Source: Marine group II euryarchaeote REDSEA-S11_B3N4
GTDB taxonomy: Archaea > Thermoplasmatota > Poseidoniia > Poseidoniales > Thalassarchaeaceae
Assembly: GCA_001628485.1 (NCBI GenBank)
Contig: LURR01000017.1
Coordinates: 2,599 to 66,598, forward strand
Reading direction: 5' to 3'
DNA length: 64,000 bases
In this document: positions 20,418-28,043 of the stretch, in pieces
How positions within the stretch are numbered: the first letter of the stretch is position 1
How the letters are laid out: the number at the start of each line of letters is the position of its first letter
The notes under the pieces: generated by a model
Seen by the model: the letters and a program-made list of their open reading frames with translations, nothing else
Told to the model about the DNA's origin: nothing
The model's database searches: none
Position numbers and translations under genes: made by a program

Positions 20418-21425
20418 TTAGTTAGTTCTAGCCTCTGAGATTAGTGCCATCTCGCTCAGTAGGATCTTCTCGTCTGAATCGGGCAGAGCCTGAAGATGCT
20501 CCAAGGCCCTTTCAACGTGGTTGGAGACCAATACCCGCGAATACTCAAAGGACCCCGCAGTCTCCAACAGCTGAACTAGCTCATGGAGCCTATCATCCCC
20601 GAAGTTAGTCAGAACATCCTTCAGATGCTCCCTATCCTGTCCGTGGAGCATCGTCAATGCGTAAATGATCGGTAGCGTCATCTTGCCCTCATGGACATCT
20701 GTCCCACGGGGCTTCCCTATCCTTTCGTCTCCCTCCAGATCTAGAATATCATCAACCAACTGGAAGGCTCTGCCCAGCTCAATACCGTACCCCCACAGAG
20801 CATCGACGATTTCCTGTCTGGCTCCTGCAACCATGCCCGCGCTAGAGCAACTGGATGCGAAAGGCCCAGCGGTCTTACCGTCAATTATAGCATAGTAGTC
20901 CTCGGGCTTGGTGTTCAGGTCGTGGATATGCTCGAACTGCAGAATCTCTCCCGAGGCAATTCCTGCACAGGCGTCCCTGACCTTGCCTATCACCCTCTCA
21001 TCATACTTGGCCCCGAATTGGAAACCCAATGAGAATAGGTAGTCCCCCGCAATAATGGCGTGGGATATGCCATGGGTGGAGTGGATGGTGGGCTTGCCCC
21101 TACGCATCTTTGACTGGTCGTAGACATCGTCATGGACCAAAGTGGCGGTATGGATCAGCTCCGAGGATAGAGCCAGATCTACCGCCTCTCTGTAGTCCGA
21201 CCCCCCAGCAGCCTTGTACGCCATTATCACCAATATTGGCCTATACCTCTTTCCTCCGCCAAGGAGGACTTCCCTGGCAATCGACATTATTGGGCGGTCA
21301 AGTGAGGAACCCATCTTCTCCAGAACCAGATCCTCTATCGACTCCTCAACCAGATTCTTCAGAGATTCAAGGTCCATAGACTCGACATTCTCCGCTTCCA
21401 TGGCATAACAGCCTAGGGGTCGCAT
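20418..21425 (-). CDS. idsA: Polyprenyl (geranylgeranyl) diphosphate synthase
   Basis: First Asp-rich motif LVHDDVYDQSKMRRG, second FQLVDDILDLEG. 335 aa. Confidence 0.85.
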   Translation of the reverse strand: MRPLGCYAMEAENVESMDLESLKNLVEESIEDLVLEKMGSSLDRPIMSIAREVLLGGGKRYRPILVIMAYKAAGGSDYREAVDLALSSELIHTATLVHDDVYDQSKMRRGKPTIHSTHGISHAIIAGDYLFSLGFQFGAKYDERVIGKVRDACAGIASGEILQFEHIHDLNTKPEDYYAIIDGKTAGPFASSCSSAGMVAGARQEIVDALWGYGIELGRAFQLVDDILDLEGDERIGKPRGTDVHEGKMTLPIIYALTMLHGQDREHLKDVLTNFGDDRLHELVQLLETAGSFEYSRVLVSNHVERALEHLQALPDSDEKILLSEMALISEARTN

Positions 21426-21435
21426 ATATCAACGG

Positions 21436-22545
21436 GTGTCCGCGCCGCTCAGATTGAGCATTAGGAGTGCTCCCTCCCTAGAGGTGGATGCGATGGAAAA
21501 CAGGCTGATTGTCGGGGCACTGGACTCTTCTTCATGGAAAATTTCTGATATCGTCTCCGGTCACTTAGATACGATAGACCACGAGGGACTGGAGAAATCC
21601 GTAACTCCACTAGAAGAAGTCTCATCCTCACTAGAATCGTTATCTGATGGTGAAATCGATGTACTAGCCGCCCCTGCATCCGAAATCATCGGTAGAGAGG
21701 CTGAGCTGGTAGATACTGGATGCCAGATCGTCGGGGCTAGAACTCCTCGAAGACCGTCCCTAATCCTAGTCTCGCCAAACAGGCTGATGTACCAACCAAA
21801 GTCCGCAATAATCGTCTCGGATTCGGAACTCATCCGCAGGCAGCTTCTCAGGGCTCGCCCCGATATTGAGGTACTCAGTACCAATCAGGTTTCCGCGCAT
21901 CCGGGGGATGTACCCCAAAACTCGGCCGAAAGGGCGACTTGGCTGGCAGGGATGCTAGACAGGGAGGAGATAGACGGATTTATCTGCTCCAGGTCAGAGT
22001 ATGAGTACACCGGACAAACAGAGAGAAGGCACACGCTGATGTCGCAGCCGAAAGTCAGGGGTGCACCACACTTCATTCCACCACCTTACTCTGACCTAAT
22101 CGCTATTATCTGCAGGACCGGATTCCCAAACGTCCTATCATCGAAGCTAACTGAGCCAGAGGGGAACACTGTCCTCTGGGTCCAGAGCAGGATTATGGGG
22201 GGCATGGATGAGTCATTACGAGATTGCGTGGGCCTGGAGGTCAGGCATCGCCAGGTCGGAGCAATTCTCAGGCAGGCGGAGGAGAATCGAGACCTCGTCC
22301 TAGAGCAAGCCTGTCACGACCCAGACGGAGACATATATCATGACGAGGTCAGAGTCGAGGTTCGATTGGAGACCCTCTCGCCCAATGGCAAAAAGACCCT
22401 CTCATTGGAGAGGCTGGTCGCAATGAGCGAGTATCAGAGAGCAATAGTTGCCCTGATGATGGACTGGGAAAAAATGGTCAGGGAGTCCTCCAGAGAGGTG
22501 CCGAAAGACCACCCAACTGATGCTGATGCGCCCTCCTTCCTCTAG
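21436..22545 (+). CDS. Hypothetical protein; tentative remote similarity to hydroxymethylbilane synthase (HemC) fold
   Basis: By-eye alignment only: SELIRRQLLRARPDIEV vs HemC SSLRRQCQLAERRPDLII; C-H-D-P-D-G vs HemC cofactor-Cys loop G-C-Q-V-P-I-G. Several HemC catalytic residues are not conserved. Confidence 0.35.
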   Translation: MSAPLRLSIRSAPSLEVDAMENRLIVGALDSSSWKISDIVSGHLDTIDHEGLEKSVTPLEEVSSSLESLSDGEIDVLAAPASEIIGREAELVDTGCQIVGARTPRRPSLILVSPNRLMYQPKSAIIVSDSELIRRQLLRARPDIEVLSTNQVSAHPGDVPQNSAERATWLAGMLDREEIDGFICSRSEYEYTGQTERRHTLMSQPKVRGAPHFIPPPYSDLIAIICRTGFPNVLSSKLTEPEGNTVLWVQSRIMGGMDESLRDCVGLEVRHRQVGAILRQAEENRDLVLEQACHDPDGDIYHDEVRVEVRLETLSPNGKKTLSLERLVAMSEYQRAIVALMMDWEKMVRESSREVPKDHPTDADAPSFL

Positions 22546-22644
22546 TCACTGCCGCTCATCCGGGAAAGTTTCGAAAACCTCTCCGAGACAAAAATACTGG
22601 GGCAACCGATAACTAAGGTAGCATCACGAGACGCTCGTGTTGCC

Positions 22645-23577
22645 ATGAGGGTAGACACCGAATTACTGAGTTCCATCTACATGGAGAGGCTCCAGAGCCT
22701 CAGGAGCAGGGCGGAGGAAAGCGGAATCTCGAAGTCCGGGTCAGTCGAGGTTCTCAGAGCTAGGCTGATCTCCAACCTCGTTCTACCGGATATGGATCTT
22801 TCTTGGGAGGGGATACAGTCCATGCCCCACAAGGAGATAGGTGAAGTCCTGAAGGTCTTCGGCATCAAGTCCTCCGGTTCCCACAAAGAGAGGCGTCAGC
22901 GCCTGTGGCTCCACCTGAACTATGACTCGAGGAGGATGACTATCGAGAACCTAGCAGAGATGAACAGAGACGATCTGCACGAGATGTGCAAGAGCCTCGA
23001 GCTCGAACTAACGGGAAACAGGACAGTACTGATGGGCAGGGTGGCTGGAGTCCTTACTAGCCAGATGAGGGGGTGGGGGAGAATCAAGCGCAGCCTCAAG
23101 AGGAATGGAATCCCAACCCCCTCTTCGACAAACATCGAAACAAGGGAAAAGGACGCTGCCCCGATTCCAATTGAGGCTCCTCATGTGGATTTCCAGGCCA
23201 TTCCCTCACAAGCACTTCTCGAGGATTCTGGAGACTCACTCCTAATCGGTATCGACAATCAGTCCAGCCATGTCCAAGGGGACCTTCTCACTATTCACGC
23301 CAGAGTGGGGGATCTCGAGAGGATGGTCGGGACTATTCTGAGGAGCCACGGGGGCTCTTGGGGGGAAGCCGAGAAGGATCTGCTGCTGAGGCTTGCAGAC
23401 AGGAGGGGTTGGCCGATAGATGAGCAGTTCGTAAGACACAGGGTTTTGATGGTGGCTACTAATATCGCAGAGGTCAAGGGAGCCTCGATGGCGTCAGACG
23501 AGAATACAATCCGAGCGATGGAGGATGCAGAATCAACCATTGAGAGAATCAGATCGAAACTCTCCTCACTAGACTAG
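22645..23577 (+). CDS. Hypothetical protein with three tandem SAP-like helix-extended-loop-helix motifs
   Basis: LQSLRSRAEESGISKSGSVEVLRARL; IGEVLKVFGIKSSGSHKERRQRLWLHL; LHEMCKSLELELTGNRTVLMGRVAGVL. About 180-aa C-terminal domain of unknown function. Confidence 0.45.
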   Translation: MRVDTELLSSIYMERLQSLRSRAEESGISKSGSVEVLRARLISNLVLPDMDLSWEGIQSMPHKEIGEVLKVFGIKSSGSHKERRQRLWLHLNYDSRRMTIENLAEMNRDDLHEMCKSLELELTGNRTVLMGRVAGVLTSQMRGWGRIKRSLKRNGIPTPSSTNIETREKDAAPIPIEAPHVDFQAIPSQALLEDSGDSLLIGIDNQSSHVQGDLLTIHARVGDLERMVGTILRSHGGSWGEAEKDLLLRLADRRGWPIDEQFVRHRVLMVATNIAEVKGASMASDENTIRAMEDAESTIERIRSKLSSLD

Positions 23578-23590
23578 ACCCGGGAAAAGC

Positions 23591-24541
23591 CTACCCAGAT
23601 ATCGAGAAGAATCCGAATTTTGGTTCGGAAATCTCCATCGTGTCATCCTTCAGACCCATAACTGCATTCTCCGCATCCTCCCTTGAGGATCCCGCAGAAA
23701 TACAGGCTCCCACGAGATCCTCGTACTCAACCAACTCGCCCCCATTGGAGCCAAGAATCCCTAGAATAACGTCTCTGGGGTCTCCTCCGCCAGTACTCTG
23801 TACCTCAATCTGCTCAACAGGGGCTGTCTCTATTCCCACTGGTTCCAAGTCTGTATCCAGGTCTTCTTCAGAACTCCCCAGAGCCCTGGATAAAGCCTTG
23901 AGGATCCAGACTCGATAGGCCTCGGTATCGAACTCTGCATAGTGCTCTTTCGATTTGATTAGGCCGTCCACGAGGTCCTCAGGAACTCCTGCCTTTCTCA
24001 TTGATTCCTCGCTCAATTCCTCTCCTTGTGACGAGTCGTATGCTTCGAGCCTCCTGAGTGTGGCGTCCGCGGTATCCACCATCCATGACTTGTAGTCATC
24101 TATTCCGACTTCAGTAAAACTCTCGGCTCTAAGTGATGTGAATATCCCTCCGTCCTCGGACTCGTTAGACTTCTGCCTTCCTACGATGGAAACTAGCACA
24201 GAGTCGCCGGATTCGAATCTAGCTAGGAGCTCTTCTGCGTCTGGATGCAATTCGGGCTGGAATGGTGCTACATCGAAGTAGTGAGTCCCCGAGGGGTCTC
24301 TTACTTGCCCTCTGTAGAATGGGCCTGAGTCTCCGTCCCTCCTCTCCATCCTCTCTAGGCCTCCACAGACCAGGCAACGGTTTACCTTGGCTCCGAGCTT
24401 TGTTATTACGAAGCTCGGATCATACTCGCCTACTCCTCTCTCGATGAGGGATGACTCTGAGTACTCCTGTGCGAAGATTCTGACTGCACTCTGCCTTCCT
24501 CTGAAGGTACTCGATCCTGACATCAAAGTACCACTCCCCAC
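23591..24541 (-). CDS. RPA-associated / RPA2-like OB-fold protein
   Basis: Directly downstream of, and overlapping, the RPA gene. OB-like segment followed by an acidic C-terminal domain. Assignment is mainly by synteny. Confidence 0.5.
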   Translation of the reverse strand: MGSGTLMSGSSTFRGRQSAVRIFAQEYSESSLIERGVGEYDPSFVITKLGAKVNRCLVCGGLERMERRDGDSGPFYRGQVRDPSGTHYFDVAPFQPELHPDAEELLARFESGDSVLVSIVGRQKSNESEDGGIFTSLRAESFTEVGIDDYKSWMVDTADATLRRLEAYDSSQGEELSEESMRKAGVPEDLVDGLIKSKEHYAEFDTEAYRVWILKALSRALGSSEEDLDTDLEPVGIETAPVEQIEVQSTGGGDPRDVILGILGSNGGELVEYEDLVGACISAGSSREDAENAVMGLKDDTMEISEPKFGFFSISG

Positions 24542-26223
24542 CTTTGCATTACCTCTTCGGCCTCCTCAGCAGGTTTCGGTTCCATCACTTCCATTTGATC
24601 GGCGAATACCATGGCCCCTCGATCGTCAACGACGCATCTGCCATGAACTGCTACCTTCCGGGAGAGAACCCGACTCCTAAGATTGGAGATGAACGCTTCG
24701 TATCCTACACTGGAAATCTCGCTCTTTACTTCATCCATGCTCATTCCTAGGAACGACTCACTCCCCTCTCTGAACATCATCAGGTTCGCGTTCGAGACGC
24801 CATTATCCAAAACGAATCGGAGCCTGAGATCTTCCTCTCCTCTCTGCGGGCCATGCTCCGGACATGAGCCATCTCTGAGTATTGTTCTACATTCCGGACA
24901 TCTCTCGATAATGCCTGAACCCGGCATGATGGCAACAATAACTCCTCTAGTAGAGATGCCTCTTCTCGATCCCCCCTTCCTTAGACTATCCAGGTCTACG
25001 TCTACCCAGTGGTTGTCTGGATCGATTTTTGCCCAAGGAGTGTCTGCGAGTATCTCCGCCTGTTCTAAGTTGTCAATTACCATATCCGGAGATCCCTGCC
25101 ATGATTGGACCCTCCCCCCCTCTACCCTGATGGTGTCTCCCGGTTTGGGATCGAATTCGCACCAGGCAGTTAGCCTGCACCTACCAGTGGGGTCCATGAC
25201 ATCGCCACTCCTTACAACTCTGGAATCTCCATCCTTCGTCTCGAATGTCCTCTGGTTCCAGTTCTCAACCTGTAGGGTGATTGATACGTCTCTCATTCCA
25301 TCTCTAAGATCTGAAATGCTGACCCTCTCGGATTCCGCTAACTCGGCTACCTCCGGGAAAGAAGAATCTCTGTATGTCTCGATGACCGTACCGTCGTTGA
25401 TTTGTATTTCCGGGGTATCGCGGAATTTCCTGACTGATGCCCCCACTATCTTCACCAGAGCACCCTCCTCATGCCCGAACTCTTTCCATGACAGGAAGCC
25501 GATACTACCAGAGGAGTCTGAAATCCTCCCTCTCACCACGTTCAACTCTCCACTCCCATCCTTCCTGACTATCACGTCTGGCTTTGCTGAAATGACTCTA
25601 CCAACGACGTTAACGAAACCCTCAACCTCCGATGCTCTGGCTATAGTCATGGGATCGTTGTTTGTTGGAGGGGCGGAACCGCCCCCCTCCTTCAGTACTG
25701 TTACCCTGGTTGTCCTGTTGATATTCAGGGATCTCTTATCGTTCCACTCGTTCACTGAGGCTCCCTCGAGCCTAACAATCGAACCGGGAACCATTGCTTC
25801 TCCCTTATTTCCCCAGTCTTTGTAATCCCACCTGATCCTCTCGGAGCTAGCTTCCCAAGGGTTATCCTCGATCCATCCGAATGCAATCTGCTTCTCCTCC
25901 CCCCTAACCATCTGAGTCCTTGGGGTGTATGATATTACAGCAACCTCGACTGAGACGTTCCTATCGTCTGAACCTAGTTCCGAGAACCTCTGAACCTTTT
26001 TTTCCTCGCGCACTTGGGTGGCCGATTCCGAAGTCATCTCAACACCAGTCGCAGCCTGGAACTTCCTGATCACAGACCTAAGGGCGTCTTCGGGAGGGAT
26101 GAGGAAGTCACTTTCGTATCTCTGGAACTCCTTGCCTATCTCCTCATCATTTGCATCAGGGCATTCTTGCTTCACTACTGCTATCTGGTTTGCGTATGTT
26201 GTCAGGTCACTCATAACTCTCAC
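24523..26223 (-). CDS. rpa: Replication protein A (ssDNA-binding protein with multiple OB folds and zinc ribbon)
   Basis: 566 aa, repeated OB-fold-like segments, C4 zinc ribbon CPECRTILRDGSCPEHG. Confidence 0.8.
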   Translation of the reverse strand: MRVMSDLTTYANQIAVVKQECPDANDEEIGKEFQRYESDFLIPPEDALRSVIRKFQAATGVEMTSESATQVREEKKVQRFSELGSDDRNVSVEVAVISYTPRTQMVRGEEKQIAFGWIEDNPWEASSERIRWDYKDWGNKGEAMVPGSIVRLEGASVNEWNDKRSLNINRTTRVTVLKEGGGSAPPTNNDPMTIARASEVEGFVNVVGRVISAKPDVIVRKDGSGELNVVRGRISDSSGSIGFLSWKEFGHEEGALVKIVGASVRKFRDTPEIQINDGTVIETYRDSSFPEVAELAESERVSISDLRDGMRDVSITLQVENWNQRTFETKDGDSRVVRSGDVMDPTGRCRLTAWCEFDPKPGDTIRVEGGRVQSWQGSPDMVIDNLEQAEILADTPWAKIDPDNHWVDVDLDSLRKGGSRRGISTRGVIVAIMPGSGIIERCPECRTILRDGSCPEHGPQRGEEDLRLRFVLDNGVSNANLMMFREGSESFLGMSMDEVKSEISSVGYEAFISNLRSRVLSRKVAVHGRCVVDDRGAMVFADQMEVMEPKPAEEAEEVMQRWGVVL

Positions 26224-26448
26224 CCGTATCAGAGATGGGGCGCCGAGACTATTTCAACCAACGATTCATTGTGGTAGAAATGCACCAGACATGACGTTGC
26301 TGGGGAAACGATTGTCGATGCGTGTTGGGGAAGACTCGGCACCTCATTACCTCCGGAAACACCTCTTCGAATCGGCGGTCTTTGAACGTGCCCATGAAAT
26401 TCTAGGACCACCGACGGCGTTTTCTCTGGATACCCTCGCGCATCGTCA

Positions 26449-27000
26449 ATGGTCAATCCAGAGACTTGCAGATTCGGTGTGCTAACAGCCTCCGATCGAG
26501 CTAGTAAGGGAGAGTACGATGACCTTAGCGGCCCTGCAATAGAGGGTTTCCTAGAGGAGGCGCTGACTTCCGACTGGGAGGTCGAAAGGAGGTTGGTCGA
26601 GGACGAGAGGGAATCCATCGAGGCAGCCCTGATTGACCTGATTGACAATCTTGGATGCTCTGTCGTAGTCACCACGGGGGGGACTGGGCCATCTCAACGG
26701 GACGTCACCCCCGAGGCTACCGAGAACGTTTGCGAAAAGATCCTTCCAGGCTTCGGGGAGCAGATGAGAGCGGTGTCGATGAGACACGTCCCCACGGCAA
26801 TGCTCTCTAGGCAGATGGCCGGGACTAGAGGGTCCTCGTTAGTGATCAATCTGCCAGGATCCCCTAGGTCGATTCGTGAGATTCTGGACTACGTCTTCGC
26901 CGCCGTCCCGTACTGCGTGGATCTGATCGGCGGGCCTTACATAACTACTGATCCGGAGGTCGTCGACTCGTTCAGGCCCCCCCATGCAAGACGCGAATGA
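26449..27000 (+). CDS. mogA: Molybdopterin adenylyltransferase / MoaB-MogA family
   Basis: FGVLTASDRASKGEYDDLSG and TTGGTGPSQRDVTPEA are MogA/MoaB signature motifs. Confidence 0.85.
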   Translation: MVNPETCRFGVLTASDRASKGEYDDLSGPAIEGFLEEALTSDWEVERRLVEDERESIEAALIDLIDNLGCSVVVTTGGTGPSQRDVTPEATENVCEKILPGFGEQMRAVSMRHVPTAMLSRQMAGTRGSSLVINLPGSPRSIREILDYVFAAVPYCVDLIGGPYITTDPEVVDSFRPPHARRE

Positions 27001-27029
27001 TTCATCCGAGAGCCTCGTTTCGGACACAC

Positions 27030-27857
27030 ATGGCAAAGATGAAGACGGGTGTTGGAAGCACCGAAAGGGAAAACGACGAGATTAGAGAAATTGAGGTCAA
27101 GCTGGACTTCACCCCCAATGCACTGTCTTCTCTTCTCTACTCGCAGGGGAACACCCAAGTCCTGGTCTGCGTCACCAAGGCACCATCTCTACCCAGGTGG
27201 TTCCCTAGAGACTCTGACAGGGGTTGGGTGCATGCCGAATACTCGTTGCTCCCCGGCTCGACCGACACCAGATTCAGGAGAGAGAGGAGCGGTGCCAAGG
27301 GTAGGACTATGGAGATAGAGAGGCTAGTCGCTCGATCGCTGAGGGGAGCAGTAGACCTGGAGCAGCTGGGTCCTGTGGCTCTGACTGTGGACTGCGACAT
27401 CCTGAATGCCGACGGAGGAACGAGATGCGCTTCAATAACAGCAGCGAACATCGCACTGAGGCTCGCTGTTCGGAGGCTCATCTCCTCTGGGGAGTGCATG
27501 CCGAAGGACAGGAGGCTTACCAGGGAGCAGATCAGGAAAGGCGCGAAGCAGGAGACTCTTAGCAAGGAACAGATGGCTTCCCACGAAGACTCGGTGATGC
27601 CCAATGACGTTGCAGCGCTTAGTGTCGGAATGGTCGAGGGACAGGTCTGGACAGACTTGGATTACGTTCTAGATAGCAATGCCGACGTCGACATGAACGT
27701 CGTGATGACTAGCTCTGGGGACTTCGTAGAGGTACAGGGGACCGGCGAGGAGGCAACCTACTCCAGAGAAGAGCTCAACTCTCTGATCGACGCTGCGGAG
27801 GCAGGAATAGCGAAGTTGCACAAGCTCCAGACCGAAGTCCTCTCCAATGCGAGTTGA
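27030..27857 (+). CDS. rph: Ribonuclease PH (bacterial-type tRNA nucleotidyltransferase)
   Basis: AEYSLLPGSTDTRFRRERSGAKGRTMEIERLVARSLRGAVDLEQLG...DCDILNADGGTRCASITAANIALRLA matches Rph almost motif-for-motif. ORF opens at 26997 overlapping the mogA stop; the Met at 27030 is more likely. Confidence 0.85.
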   Translation: MAKMKTGVGSTERENDEIREIEVKLDFTPNALSSLLYSQGNTQVLVCVTKAPSLPRWFPRDSDRGWVHAEYSLLPGSTDTRFRRERSGAKGRTMEIERLVARSLRGAVDLEQLGPVALTVDCDILNADGGTRCASITAANIALRLAVRRLISSGECMPKDRRLTREQIRKGAKQETLSKEQMASHEDSVMPNDVAALSVGMVEGQVWTDLDYVLDSNADVDMNVVMTSSGDFVEVQGTGEEATYSREELNSLIDAAEAGIAKLHKLQTEVLSNAS

Positions 27858-27933
27858 TGGTGGGACTGGCCGGACTTGAACCAGCGGCCTCCGCATCTTC
27901 AGTGCGGCGCTCTCCCAGCTGAGCTACAGTCCC
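27858..27933 (-). tRNA. tRNA-Phe (anticodon GAA), CCA encoded
   Basis: Revcomp: GGGACTGTAGCTCAGCTGGGAGAGCGCCGCACTGAAGATGCGGAGGCCGCTGGTTCAAGTCCGGCCAGTCCCACCA. 7-bp acceptor, D, anticodon (CCGCA/CTGAAGA/TGCGG) and T arms all pair; 76 nt. Confidence 0.9.
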
Positions 27934-28043
27934 GTAGCATCCCTCGCCACCACAGTCCCGACTTCAAGCCTTCCTAGTCCAAGGTGGATGAAAAAGTCCC
28001 GTTCCGGGAGTAAGTAGAAAGCCAATCAGGCGCAACAAAGTGC

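Noticed and set aside
24683-25825. 380-aa plus-strand ORF opposite the RPA gene
   Set aside because: It is fully contained in the well-supported rpa coding region on the minus strand, with a Ser/Leu/Pro-rich low-complexity translation and no motifs.
26224-26448. 225-bp divergent intergenic region between rpa and mogA, considered as a possible ncRNA (C/D box sRNA, tRNA-like TTCGAATC element at ~26350)
   Set aside because: No acceptable tRNA cloverleaf around the TTCGAATC, and no RUGAUGA/CUGA box pairs with proper spacing. It is more simply a shared promoter region.
27858-28043. tRNA-Phe 3' flank as an integration site for a mobile element, with the giant membrane gene as cargo
   Set aside because: There is no integrase or recombinase, no direct repeat of the tRNA 3' end and no phage or plasmid genes within 10 kb. 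Neighbouring genes (csp, pelota, aroE) are chromosomal housekeeping.
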